Below are positions 10,260-20,289 of a stretch of DNA of 64,000 bases, one piece after another. This DNA is from Clostridiales bacterium. Its GTDB lineage: Bacteria > Bacillota > Clostridia > Lachnospirales > Lachnospiraceae. Location of the stretch: contig JAGZJZ010000008.1 in NCBI GenBank assembly GCA_018365455.1, forward strand, positions 21,366-85,365, read 5' to 3'. Numbering within the stretch: position 1 is the first letter of the stretch; every line of letters starts with the position of its first letter. The notes beneath the pieces were generated by a model. That model did not search any database. It saw nothing but the letters and a program-made list of their open reading frames with translations, and was not told the DNA's origin. A program made the position numbers and the translations under genes.

Positions 10260-10710
10260 TTTTTTTCATATACCTAAGAAATATCTGCTGCTGACGGCGG
10301 GAATTGTCTGGTTTGCGGCAGGATTTAATATTATCCGCATCGGGCTGCTGGCATCCGGCAGAGACTGGAGTATTTGGGCAGTGCTCTCTGCCTTACTGGT
10401 ATTCGGAGTGTTTTATGGTTTTATTTTTCGACGTTTAATCGGAAAGCACACCAAACGCATACTTGGCAGCAAAGAGGAACGGATGCATATACTTCGATTT
10501 TTTGACTTGAAATCTTATTGCATCATGGCATTTATGATGACTTTTGGCATATTACTGCGCCGTGCAGATGTATGGCCGGGACATTGTATCCGGATGTTCT
10601 ATACCGGATTGGGTGCTTCCCTTGTGGCAGCAGGGATTGGGTTTTGTATAAAGTTTGTCATGGTGGAGAAATTAGTGGAAGATATGCGTGAGAAAAGTCA
10701 TGTGTTTTAA
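10249..10710 (+). CDS. hypothetical membrane protein
   Basis: 153 aa with 4 predicted TM segments. Its start overlaps the stop of the upstream gene. Confidence 0.45.
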   Translation: MKNNFFHIPKKYLLLTAGIVWFAAGFNIIRIGLLASGRDWSIWAVLSALLVFGVFYGFIFRRLIGKHTKRILGSKEERMHILRFFDLKSYCIMAFMMTFGILLRRADVWPGHCIRMFYTGLGASLVAAGIGFCIKFVMVEKLVEDMREKSHVF

Positions 10711-11010
10711 ATAAATAAAAATACGTTTTTTTAACTGGGTTTTGTGAATGCAGCAGAATACAGTCAAAAAAACGTATTTTTTATTTTGCAGTTAAATCCC
10801 AGGTCAAAAAAACGAATCTTTCCGAAGCTTCTGTTTATTCAAAATACACTTAGAGAATGGTAAATTATAACTAACATGAAATGACTGCGTGCAGAGAGAC
10901 GGAAAAAGAGATTTCTTTTGGAAAACGATTATGATATGATGTTAATCGTGAAGGAAAGTATTGGGTAGCAGATCAGGAAACTGTCTGCAAGACGGGAGGA
11001 AAAAGACGAA

Positions 11011-12555
11011 ATGTATCGTGTAATGGTAGCTGATGATGAACCTTTAATGAGAAAGGCCATGGTTTCTTTGACAAATTGGCAGGAGTTGGGATGTGAGGTG
11101 GTATATACCGCTGAAAACGGGCAGCAGGTTATGGAAAATCTAAAGGAGATTAAGCCGGATATATTAATTACAGATATTAAAATGCCCGGGAAAGACGGTA
11201 TTGAAATCGCCAAATATATCTGGGAAGAAAAGTTGCCAATAAAAATAATTTTACTGACCGCGTATGCTGATTTTTCTTATGCACAGTCTGCTGTTAAATA
11301 TAATGTAGTGGATTATGTTACAAAAACAGGTGCTTTTGACGGGCTGATCATGGCAATTAATAAGGCGAAAGACCTGATTGAAAAAGAACATACAAGCATT
11401 TCCAGAGAGGATAAAGAAACGGTGCTGGAATATTTTCTGAAATCCATATTTGACGAATCCATCTATGATGAAGAAGAGATACAATCCAAAATGTCTGAAC
11501 TGGGTATGAAGCCGGACAATTATCTGGTGCTGCTTCTGCATTTCCGCCTGAACGAAGATATGACAACGGAGAAAAAAAGCAGGACGTATAAGAGTCTTCT
11601 GAATTTCTTTTCCATGGTGTTTGGAGAACAGATGTTAAGAGGAATTCCGGTTCAGCGGGATATGTATGCCATCGTGGTACAAAATGTGCCGGAAAATTAT
11701 ATGGATACCATATTGATGCAGGGACAGCAGATCACGGATATGATGGATAATTTCATGGGGCTGTATGTAAATATCGGTGTCAGTTCCAGGCAGCAGAATG
11801 TGATCTGTATGAAGAAAGCTTACGACCAGGCGGAAAGTGTTCTGGGAAACAGCTTTATCAGCGGTGACAGCAAAATCAGCTTTTTTGAAAGAGATGGTGT
11901 GAATCCGGAAAAATACAGTGCCAAAGTGGATGAACTGATTGAACAGCTTTGTTTTCAGGTGAGCCAGGGCAATACAGAAGAGGTTCAGATCAAATTCAAA
12001 GAGATTTTAGATACACAGAAAACGGAACTGTGTGCCGCAAATACAATAAAAAATTCAGGTATTATCATACAACAGAGATGCAGGAAAATCTTAGACTCCT
12101 TTGGTACGGACATTTTTCAGGTTACCGGCTACCGTGGGAGTATAACGGAGAAGATTCACAGGTGCTTTTATGCTGATGAATATGAAAAGGTAATGATGGA
12201 AATCCTCCAGGGAACTTCAGCTTACGTATCAAATGCCTCCAGTCATAAAAATACGATAGTAAATGAATGTGAGCGTTACATAGAAGAAAACTTCCATAAG
12301 GGCATTACGGTAACGGATATAGCAGAACACGTGGGTACCAGTATCAGTTACCTCAGCAGAATCTATAAAGAAGCCACCGGGGAGAAAATCCTGAACCGGC
12401 TGAATCAGATGCGGATCGAAAAAGCAAAGGACTATCTGAAAAACACGGATAAGAAAATATATGAAATTGCAGATGCGCTGGGCTTTGAAAATACCACCTA
12501 TTTTTCTTATTTCTTTAAAAAATATACCGGAGTATCACCAAAAGACTTTAAATAG
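11011..12555 (+). CDS. two-component response regulator, receiver + AraC-type HTH (YesN-like)
   Basis: Receiver 'VMVADDEP...DIKMPGKDG'. The C-terminal AraC HTH 'ITVTDIAEHVGTSISYLSRIYK...FENTTYFSYFFKKYTGVSP' is present. Confidence 0.85.
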   Translation: MYRVMVADDEPLMRKAMVSLTNWQELGCEVVYTAENGQQVMENLKEIKPDILITDIKMPGKDGIEIAKYIWEEKLPIKIILLTAYADFSYAQSAVKYNVVDYVTKTGAFDGLIMAINKAKDLIEKEHTSISREDKETVLEYFLKSIFDESIYDEEEIQSKMSELGMKPDNYLVLLLHFRLNEDMTTEKKSRTYKSLLNFFSMVFGEQMLRGIPVQRDMYAIVVQNVPENYMDTILMQGQQITDMMDNFMGLYVNIGVSSRQQNVICMKKAYDQAESVLGNSFISGDSKISFFERDGVNPEKYSAKVDELIEQLCFQVSQGNTEEVQIKFKEILDTQKTELCAANTIKNSGIIIQQRCRKILDSFGTDIFQVTGYRGSITEKIHRCFYADEYEKVMMEILQGTSAYVSNASSHKNTIVNECERYIEENFHKGITVTDIAEHVGTSISYLSRIYKEATGEKILNRLNQMRIEKAKDYLKNTDKKIYEIADALGFENTTYFSYFFKKYTGVSPKDFK

Positions 12556-12564
12556 GAGGATCGG

Positions 12565-13842
12565 ATGTTAAAGAAAAAAACAATGCTATTGTTGTTTGTA
12601 GCGGCAGCGTGCCTCCTGAGCGGATGCTCAGAAAAAGAAGATGTTCAGGTTACGGATATCATACTTATGCATGGATGGGGCGGTACGCTTCCCACCCATG
12701 CTACCATGCAGGAGATCTATGAAGAATTTTCAAGCCAAAATCCCGATATTAACCTGATCACCTATCCATCCTCGGACAGCAGTATTGCGGTAGAGAAAGC
12801 CAATGATATGCTGGCGGTAGGGAAGATGCCGGATATTGTCAGCACGAATGGGTTGTCGTACTATGTTTTTAACGCGGTAAAAAGAGGAATGGCACTGGAT
12901 TTAATGCCATTTATTGAAGAAGATCCGGAGTTAAAAGAAAGCATACACCCGGCGGTCCTGGCTGGCTGGACCACTGAAGACGGGGCGCTGTATTCCATAC
13001 CGGATGCATTGGAAATAGCAGGGTACTGGTATAATAAGAAGTTTTTTGTGGAAGCTGGAATCGTGGATGAATATGGGGAAGCGAAAACCCCGGACACCTG
13101 GGAAGAATTCATGGAAGACTGCAGGATTCTAAACGCATGGGGAAAACGGCAGAATCCCGATTTTGCTGCAGCGGCGTTAGACAGTGTACAGTTGTCAGAA
13201 GATGTTTTTCTGGCGAGAGTTGCAGGCTCGGGAGCAGAAGGCATTGAGCTTGCATCGGAACTGCCGGATAATTTCAGCAGCAAGATTATTTTCCAAACCT
13301 TAAAGGACATCCGCAAACTGGGGAAAGAATCTAATTTTGTATCCAGCATTGATAATGCAAGGCAATATTTTCTGGATGGAAAAAGTGCGGTATATTTCAA
13401 CGGTGTATGGGACAGTGAACTGCTTGGCAGCAGTTCTATAAAAGAGGATGTGGCTTATGCAAACTATCCAACGGAGGATGGCAGCAGCGTTGCATACATC
13501 TCGCCATCTTCCGGCTATGTAATTTATAAAAATGAAAATCCAAAAAAGCAGGAGGCATGCATTCGGTTTCTGAAATACATGCTGAGCGAAGGTGTCCAGA
13601 AAAAGATGGCTATGGAAACGGGACAGGCACCGTCTAATCCCAATGTAAGCGGGAACGAAATCAAAGAAGGGTATCCGCTTTTGGGAGAAGCGCTGGAACT
13701 TGCCAACGAAGCAGATATACATATTAAGGCAATCAGTCTCTCCTGGGGCAATGATGCAGTTGATGATTTATCCCAGCGCCTTTTTGAGGAAGCGCAGGGT
13801 AAAATAGGACCGGAGACAGTGGTCAATTACCTGAATCAATAA
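12565..13842 (+). CDS. ABC-type extracellular solute-binding lipoprotein (sensor-associated SBP)
   Basis: Lipobox 'LLSGCS'. Family-1 SBP features are present. It sits between the response-regulator and histidine-kinase genes, with no permease genes nearby. Confidence 0.75.
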   Translation: MLKKKTMLLLFVAAACLLSGCSEKEDVQVTDIILMHGWGGTLPTHATMQEIYEEFSSQNPDINLITYPSSDSSIAVEKANDMLAVGKMPDIVSTNGLSYYVFNAVKRGMALDLMPFIEEDPELKESIHPAVLAGWTTEDGALYSIPDALEIAGYWYNKKFFVEAGIVDEYGEAKTPDTWEEFMEDCRILNAWGKRQNPDFAAAALDSVQLSEDVFLARVAGSGAEGIELASELPDNFSSKIIFQTLKDIRKLGKESNFVSSIDNARQYFLDGKSAVYFNGVWDSELLGSSSIKEDVAYANYPTEDGSSVAYISPSSGYVIYKNENPKKQEACIRFLKYMLSEGVQKKMAMETGQAPSNPNVSGNEIKEGYPLLGEALELANEADIHIKAISLSWGNDAVDDLSQRLFEEAQGKIGPETVVNYLNQ

Positions 13843-13866
13843 CAGAGAATAAAAGCGGAGGAAGCG

Positions 13867-15663
13867 ATGAAGGATAAGAAAACAAAACGTCATTCCCTTA
13901 GAGAAAAAATGATGGCATTAAATCTCAGTGTGACGCTGCTGTCCCTTATTTTCTGCGGGGTGGTTTTTATCTGTTCGGTCTGGCTGATCGTAGGGAAATA
14001 TATTGAACATGATCTGGATTTTTTTCTGACTGAGACAAATAATAATCTCAATACCAAAACGGAATACCTGGAAAATATTATTTACGAGATCCGGGGTTCG
14101 GAAGAACTTATGGCGTATCTGGATAGGGCTGGAAAGCAGGAACTGGACGAAAAGGAGCAGGATCGCCTGCAAAATGTTTATACCCGTACCGTAAATATCA
14201 GCAGCCAGAAGAATCTGGGAAATGGAAATGAGCCGATTGTGGAAAAAGTGTATCTCTTTGACAGTCAGGATGATTTTTTGTTTACCGGTTACTATGCAAT
14301 GGTAGAATCCGAGGTTCAAAAAAGCCGGGAGGAAGCAATCGGAGTTTATAATAATTTCAGAACACAGCAGGAGGAACCGGGAGGAAGCCCGGATTATTGC
14401 TATTACCCAGGACAGGAAGGAAGGGAGTATCTGGCTTTTACCTTATATGACAGGAATATGAAGGATCAGGGCAGTGTGATCTTTGAGATCCGCCTGGATG
14501 TATTGGAAGGGATTATGGACCAGGTTGAGAATTATAAGGGTGCTTTCTGGATGTTATATGACCAGAGAGGAAATATTATCGTGGGTGAAAATTATAAAAT
14601 GGCAGGTGGAAAGTTAGGGGAAATCAACCAATCATTTCAAACGGTGCCATATGAAGCTGCTATTAACAACACTGGATTTCGACTGTATACGGAAGATATG
14701 AGCATGTACCTGAGGGCAACCATTGGAATTCCTGAGGGGCAGACCACCTACTTACTTTATGATTCTGTTAAAATTTATATTTTTATATTGGCTGTCATCT
14801 GCGTCGCAGTGTTTGCTGCATTTGTAACCATTGTTTACCACATGACAAAGCCGCTGAAAGAATTCACAGAAAAGCTGCAGTCAGTTAAAGAAGGGGATTT
14901 TGAAACGAAATTACCGGATTACAGTACAGAAGAATTCCATGAAATCAGTCTGGTTTTCAATGAAATGACCGAATATGTAAATTATCTGATCAAACAGGTC
15001 TATGAAAAACAGCTTTCCATTAAAGAAATGGAATTAAAATTTCTGCAGACCCAGGTGAATCCCCACTTTATGTTCAATGTATTAAATACCATCGCACTTC
15101 AGGCAAGACTGGATCAAAACGATGAGACTTATAAAATGATCACCTCATTTTCCCAGCTGATACAGGCAAAAATATACCGTAAGGATACAGAAAAGGTACA
15201 GATTCGCCAGGAACTGGAATATGTAGAGTATTATTTATATCTCCAGAGTTACCGCTACGGTGACCGTCTGAATTACAATATTCAGGTGGAAGATGAAGAG
15301 GTACTGGATATGTACATTCCTAAGCTCTGCCTTCAGCTGATTGTGGAAAATGCCGTAGTACACGGAATTGAACCGAAACTGGAACCGGGGTTTGTAGAAA
15401 TCGTCATGTATGAAAAAGAACGCAGTATCTATATAGAAATAAGTGATGATGGCGTTGGATTTGACCAGGAAGGGGAAGTATCCCTTCCAATTAATAAAGA
15501 AGTAAAAGAAAAAGGACATAATCATGTGGGTCTTAATAATGCCCATCATATCATACAGCTTACTTATGGTGAGAAATATGGAATCCATATTTTTTCTAAA
15601 AAGGGGGAGGGCTCAAAAGTTACTGTTCATATACCATTCGATGAAGGAAACTGCACAGAATAA
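13867..15663 (+). CDS. sensor histidine kinase (YesM/LytS-type His_kinase + HATPase)
   Basis: Two TM segments flank an extracytoplasmic domain, followed by a HAMP-like region. H-box 'LQTQVNPHFMFNVLNTI' and the GHKL ATPase region 'DDGVGF' are present. Confidence 0.85.
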   Translation: MKDKKTKRHSLREKMMALNLSVTLLSLIFCGVVFICSVWLIVGKYIEHDLDFFLTETNNNLNTKTEYLENIIYEIRGSEELMAYLDRAGKQELDEKEQDRLQNVYTRTVNISSQKNLGNGNEPIVEKVYLFDSQDDFLFTGYYAMVESEVQKSREEAIGVYNNFRTQQEEPGGSPDYCYYPGQEGREYLAFTLYDRNMKDQGSVIFEIRLDVLEGIMDQVENYKGAFWMLYDQRGNIIVGENYKMAGGKLGEINQSFQTVPYEAAINNTGFRLYTEDMSMYLRATIGIPEGQTTYLLYDSVKIYIFILAVICVAVFAAFVTIVYHMTKPLKEFTEKLQSVKEGDFETKLPDYSTEEFHEISLVFNEMTEYVNYLIKQVYEKQLSIKEMELKFLQTQVNPHFMFNVLNTIALQARLDQNDETYKMITSFSQLIQAKIYRKDTEKVQIRQELEYVEYYLYLQSYRYGDRLNYNIQVEDEEVLDMYIPKLCLQLIVENAVVHGIEPKLEPGFVEIVMYEKERSIYIEISDDGVGFDQEGEVSLPINKEVKEKGHNHVGLNNAHHIIQLTYGEKYGIHIFSKKGEGSKVTVHIPFDEGNCTE

Positions 15664-15678
15664 TGTGCAGTTTTTTTG
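15650..15678 (+). terminator. rho-independent terminator
   Basis: Stem ctgcaca/tgtgcag spans the stop codon and is followed by TTTTTTT. Confidence 0.55.
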
Positions 15679-15923
15679 TGAAAAAATATGTGCAGGGTTT
15701 TTGAAGGTGAAAAAGACTTAAATTGGAATAATTCTAAAATTGTTATTAAAAAACAGGGATTCTGTGCCGTAATCCGGTAAGTGTGTTATAATGACTTTAC
15801 ATGTCAGACTGCCCGGACGCTTCCCAGATGGAGAGTTAAGTTCTGTGACAGCTGAATTAAATTGTTAACAGAAATGGAACTAATCATAACCAGGTGTTTT
15901 GGATTCACAGAGGAGGAATAATT

Positions 15924-16400
15924 ATGAAAAAATGCAGAATTGGAATTATTTCAGATACCCATGGACTGTTAAGACCGGAAGTTTTAGAAGTTCTGGAAAT
16001 GTGTGATTATATTATACATGGCGGAGATATTAACAAGGCGGAAGTATTGGAGGAGCTTAATCGAATTGCACCGGTATACGTTGTCCGCGGAAATAATGAC
16101 AAAGCGCAATGGGCAGAAGAATTACCGGAGGAACTATATTTTGAAATTGCAGATATGAAATTTTATATGGTTCATAATAAAAAATGCATTCCCGAAAAGC
16201 TATCTCAGGTAAGCGCTGTAATATTCGGACATTCCCATAAGTATTTTTGTGAAGAAAAAGATGGTGTCCTGTGGTTAAATCCCGGGAGCTGTGGAAAACG
16301 CCGGTTTGACCAGCAGATCACGATGGCTGTAATGGAAATTCATGACGGAAGATATATGGTAGAAAAAATAGAGTTAGATCAGGAACGGCAGGAGGTATAG
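15924..16400 (+). CDS. metallophosphoesterase (YfcE/MJ0936 family)
   Basis: 'IGIISDTHG', 'GGDIN' and 'GHSH' motifs are present. RBS 'gaggagg' precedes the ATG at 15924 (the ORF track starts at 15894). Confidence 0.75.
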   Translation: MKKCRIGIISDTHGLLRPEVLEVLEMCDYIIHGGDINKAEVLEELNRIAPVYVVRGNNDKAQWAEELPEELYFEIADMKFYMVHNKKCIPEKLSQVSAVIFGHSHKYFCEEKDGVLWLNPGSCGKRRFDQQITMAVMEIHDGRYMVEKIELDQERQEV

Positions 16401-16403
16401 GAA

Positions 16404-16979
16404 ATGGAACAAGCTGTAAAATTAGCAGAAGAATGCGGATTTCATCACGCTGTTTGGATAGACAGCACAAAATTGGAATTCGACGCTTCTCTTCGCAGAT
16501 ATTGTGAGGAAAATCTTTGTGGCAACTATGGGAAAAATTATGCCTGTCCCCCGGATTGCGGTACTACGGATGAGATGGAACAGAGAGTCAGAAAATATAA
16601 AAAGGCATTGGTATTGCAGACAATCACACAAGTGGAAGATATTATGGACGGTCAGGAGACAAAATCTGTTAAAAAAAAGCATAACCAGATTACTCGGGAA
16701 TTTGCTGCCAAAATGGAAGCGACAGGAGGGCAGGGACTAACGATCATGGCGGGTCCATGCTCTCTTTGCGCAAAATGCGGGATACAGGAAGGTATTTCAT
16801 GCAGATTTCCGGATAAAATTGCATCCTGCCTGTCTGCATACTGCATCAATGCCCGGAAAATGGCTGAGTCCAGTGGCCTGGAATACTGGTGCAAAGATAA
16901 CCGGGTAGCATTTTTCAGTGTCTATCTGACAGGAGCAGCAGAGGAGACAAGCATAGATGGAAAGGAAACGAAGGTATGA
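16404..16979 (+). CDS. DUF2284-like predicted metal-binding protein (Cys-rich)
   Basis: 191 aa with several conserved Cys ('CGNYGKNYACPP', 'CSLCAKC'). Confidence 0.5.
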   Translation: MEQAVKLAEECGFHHAVWIDSTKLEFDASLRRYCEENLCGNYGKNYACPPDCGTTDEMEQRVRKYKKALVLQTITQVEDIMDGQETKSVKKKHNQITREFAAKMEATGGQGLTIMAGPCSLCAKCGIQEGISCRFPDKIASCLSAYCINARKMAESSGLEYWCKDNRVAFFSVYLTGAAEETSIDGKETKV

Positions 16980-17009
16980 GAAGCAGTTCTTTCATGATCA
17001 TACTCCGGG

Positions 17010-17552
17010 GTGATCATCATGGAGTATGAATTGATTTACAGCTCCCGTAAATCCATCGCTATCCAGATCATGGAGGACGGAAGAGTTGTAGTGCGGGCAC
17101 CGAAAAAAGCTGGCAAGCGTGCAATAGAGAAGTTTATCGTAGAAAAGGAGAACTGGATACGGACAAAGCAGCAGGAAACCCGGGATGCTTATGAAAATAA
17201 AAAAAGTGAGCTGTTAACGGATGCTCAAAAGATAAAGATGAAAAATCTTGCAAAAGAAGTATTTGCGGCAAAGACAGCGCATTTTGCCAGAATAATGGGT
17301 GTTACATATGGAAGAATTACCATCCGGGAGCAGAAGACCAGATGGGGAAGCTGCAGTTCTGCAGGAAATTTGAATTTTAACTGGAAGCTTCTTCTGGGAC
17401 CGGAAGAAGTGGTGGATTATGTGGTGGTACACGAACTTGCCCACCGGCGGGAAATGAATCATTCAGCAAGGTTTTATGCTGTGGTAGCAGAGATCATGCC
17501 GGATTATAAAGTGTGGCAGCGGTGGCTGAAAGTAAATGGAAAGAGGTTATAA
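17010..17552 (+). CDS. YgjP/DUF45 (WLM, M48-like) zinc metallohydrolase
   Basis: HExxH 'VVHELAHRREMNHSARF' is present. The 'MEYELIYSSRKSIAIQI' N-terminus is typical of DUF45. The GTG at 17010 and the ATG at 17019 are both possible starts. Confidence 0.7.
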   Translation: MIIMEYELIYSSRKSIAIQIMEDGRVVVRAPKKAGKRAIEKFIVEKENWIRTKQQETRDAYENKKSELLTDAQKIKMKNLAKEVFAAKTAHFARIMGVTYGRITIREQKTRWGSCSSAGNLNFNWKLLLGPEEVVDYVVVHELAHRREMNHSARFYAVVAEIMPDYKVWQRWLKVNGKRL

Positions 17553-17597
17553 AGATAAATTCTAACGTGATCAGAAAGATCAGAAAGGGAGTTTCAA

Positions 17598-18482
17598 ATG
17601 AGAAGTGAGCAGGAGATGTACGAACTGATATTGGGAGTTGCAAAAAACGATGACCGGATTCTGGGAGTCTACTTAAATGGTTCCAGAGCGAAATCTGATG
17701 CACCAAGGGACTTGTTTCAGGATTACGACATTGTGTATGTGGTCACAGAAACCGCATCTTTTTTAGAAGACAGAAACTGGATTACCGTATTCGGAGAACT
17801 TCGCATGGTACAGGAACCGGATAAGCTGGATAAAATGCTGGGGCGGCAGGTGGATTTTAACAGCTCCTATGGGTATCTTATGCTGTTTCAGGATGGAAAC
17901 CGCATTGATTTGCATATACAGGTTCTGGAAGCTGTTGAGACGGAAGTGTATTTTAAGGATTCCACGGTGATTCTCTGGGAAAGGGATGGCTGTTTAAGTA
18001 AAATCAATGATATCAAAAGGTTCAGTTATCTGGTAAAATGCCCGAATGAGGGGGATTATATCGCATGCTGCAACGATTTCTGGTGGTGTATGGCAAATGT
18101 GGCAAAGGGAATCTGGAGGGATGAACTGCCCTATGCAAAAAGTATGCTGGAGACTGTAATCCGGCCGAAGATGGATCTCATGGTCAGTTGGTGGATCGGC
18201 TGTCAAAATAATTTTCAGGTATCACCGGGGAAAATGGGAAAATATTTTAAACGCTATCTTACGGAAGAATATTGGGACATGTACCGCCAGACATATACAG
18301 ACGCTGTTTATGAAAATATGTGGCAGGGGATATGGGCTGCCTGCAGACTATTCCGGGAGCTGGGACAAAGCGTTGGAGGAAAATTAGGATATATGTATCC
18401 GGTAAAGGACGATGGAAATATGGTGGAGTATCTGGAAGCGGTAGAGAAGCTTCCGGCGGACGCTGTGGATCTTCCGTTATAA
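17598..18482 (+). CDS. ant(6): aminoglycoside 6-adenylyltransferase, ANT(6) family (streptomycin nucleotidyltransferase, AadK/AadE-like)
   Basis: Collinear similarity to B. subtilis AadK: 'MRSEQEM...NDDRI', 'FQDYDI.Y.VT', 'DGNRIDL', 'CCNDFWW' and 'VIRPKM'. Confidence 0.85.
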   Translation: MRSEQEMYELILGVAKNDDRILGVYLNGSRAKSDAPRDLFQDYDIVYVVTETASFLEDRNWITVFGELRMVQEPDKLDKMLGRQVDFNSSYGYLMLFQDGNRIDLHIQVLEAVETEVYFKDSTVILWERDGCLSKINDIKRFSYLVKCPNEGDYIACCNDFWWCMANVAKGIWRDELPYAKSMLETVIRPKMDLMVSWWIGCQNNFQVSPGKMGKYFKRYLTEEYWDMYRQTYTDAVYENMWQGIWAACRLFRELGQSVGGKLGYMYPVKDDGNMVEYLEAVEKLPADAVDLPL

Positions 18483-18509
18483 AAGAAAGTACAGGTAAAG
18501 GAAACAGGG

Positions 18510-19445
18510 ATGAAATTAAAGAATCTGGAATATTTTGTCGTTATTGCAGAACAGAAGAGCTTACATAAAGCGGCTGAGGTACTGTTTAATTCTCAGCCAA
18601 ATCTCACGAGGGCAATGCACAGTCTGGAAGAGGAAGTAGGTGCGGATTTGCTCATCCGGTCTAATCAGGGGGTTGAACTGACGCCCATAGGTGAAAGCTT
18701 ATATTATTATGCCAAATCTATCATCAACCAGTTAGAAGCGGTATCCGGTTTAAAGATGCTGAGCCAGGAAACGGTGCAGAGTAAACTAAATGTTGCGGTT
18801 GCCAGAATTATATTTGCGGATGATTTAATGCTGCGGTTCTATGAAACCGTAAAGTCAAATCATACTACGATAAATCTATTTGAAACCACGGTAGAAGAGG
18901 TGATTGACAGTGTGGCTGCCTTACAATCGGAAATCGGTATTGTTGCAATCAATAACTTTCAGTTTCCTATCTTCCGAAGGTCTCTGGCTATAAAAGAACT
19001 GGAATTTGAAGTATTAGACAAGGGATCTATTTACATTCAGGTAAGCGAAGCCAGCCCGTTGCTAAAAAAAGAAAAAATATATGCGGAGGATCTGCTCGAT
19101 TATAGCTATATCCATCTTCCGTATGATTACTATGCAAATATAAATTTTGGTTTGAGCATGGATGGAATCCGATTTTCCGACTTTCGAAAGACGATAACAA
19201 TGAATAATTACCATGCAATCATCCGCATGTTAAAACATGCAGATGCCTTTATTTTCGGAAACAAATGGCAGATGGAGGAACTGGCAAAGGGCAGAATCGT
19301 AAGCCGGGAGATTGAGAATATAAATAGTGAAATGATGCTTATTTGGATAAAACGTAAAAAAGAAGTGATATCGGATAATGGAAGGAAATTCCTGGAATTA
19401 TTCAGGGATTATTACGGAGAAAATCCAGACTCACGTAATGCCTAA
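18510..19445 (+). CDS. LysR family transcriptional regulator
   Basis: N-terminal HTH 'LEYFVVIAEQKSLHKAAEVLFNSQPNLTRAMHSLE' followed by a LysR substrate-binding region. Confidence 0.8.
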   Translation: MKLKNLEYFVVIAEQKSLHKAAEVLFNSQPNLTRAMHSLEEEVGADLLIRSNQGVELTPIGESLYYYAKSIINQLEAVSGLKMLSQETVQSKLNVAVARIIFADDLMLRFYETVKSNHTTINLFETTVEEVIDSVAALQSEIGIVAINNFQFPIFRRSLAIKELEFEVLDKGSIYIQVSEASPLLKKEKIYAEDLLDYSYIHLPYDYYANINFGLSMDGIRFSDFRKTITMNNYHAIIRMLKHADAFIFGNKWQMEELAKGRIVSREIENINSEMMLIWIKRKKEVISDNGRKFLELFRDYYGENPDSRNA

Positions 19446-19568
19446 AAAGTATCGCGAGGCTATTCACAATGAGTATTGGCGGGATTATGGATATGGCAGT
19501 ATAATTAAAACAGATGTAAGAAATATCTAAGTCAGAGAGCCATAACAGCATCAAATAAAGACATAGGA

Positions 19569-20273
19569 GTGGCAAAGATGGCGGAAGAGAAGAAATTACC
19601 TAAGGAAGAGGAACAATTAGCATCCGAAGCGGCAAAGAAATCGGCAATGCAGGCAGCGGAAGAAACAGCAGCAAAGTCGGCGGGAAAAGCAGCGGGAAAG
19701 ACAGCAGAAGAGTTGGCGAAAGCTCTTATCAGACAGAAAATTATCATTGGAAGTCTGGCTGGTGTTATTGCCCTTGGTGGTGCAGGAGCAGCAATTGGTT
19801 ATCATCAGGGATGGTTTGGTAACAAACCGGCTTCCTCTCAGATCTCAGAGTCAATAACAGATGCATCCACAGAAAAACAGCAGCCGGCATCTGCAGATGT
19901 TGATCCAAATGCAGGAGAGTGGGACGGAACAGTACCCCAGGCACCAAAAGGAGATCCAAATGCAGATTCCATAGCCATACCTGGATATCCCCAGATTTAT
20001 TTGCCGGCTGGTAAGACCGAGGTAGATGTGGCATTTTCCAACCCGGAAGGCAATCCCTGTTATTTTACATTTGAATTGGTGTTAAAAGATACAGAGGAAG
20101 TACTATATACTTCAAAACAGGTTCCGCCGGGTGAGGCAATTACTCATATTACTTTAAATCGTGCGCTGGATGCGGGAGAATATCCGGCAGTATTGAAAAT
20201 TTCAACATTTCATATCGTAACCCAGTCCGGTATGAATGGTGCCAATGTGGAGACAACGCTGGAAGTGAAGTAA
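19569..20273 (+). CDS. hypothetical bitopic membrane protein (K/A-rich N-term, single TM, extracytoplasmic beta-rich domain)
   Basis: K/A/E-rich first 60 aa, then a TM segment 'IIIGSLAGVIALGGAGAAIG'. The C-terminal domain ends in 'LDAGEYPAVLKISTFHIV', a motif shared with the next two genes. Confidence 0.5.
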   Translation: MAKMAEEKKLPKEEEQLASEAAKKSAMQAAEETAAKSAGKAAGKTAEELAKALIRQKIIIGSLAGVIALGGAGAAIGYHQGWFGNKPASSQISESITDASTEKQQPASADVDPNAGEWDGTVPQAPKGDPNADSIAIPGYPQIYLPAGKTEVDVAFSNPEGNPCYFTFELVLKDTEEVLYTSKQVPPGEAITHITLNRALDAGEYPAVLKISTFHIVTQSGMNGANVETTLEVK

Positions 20274-20289
20274 GGAGGCGTATAGGAGG

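Noticed and set aside
12861-13826. Three minus-strand ORFs (179, 140, 100 aa) inside the SBP gene
   Set aside because: They are fully nested antisense ORFs with no start signals. The sense ORF has a lipoprotein signal and SBP motifs.
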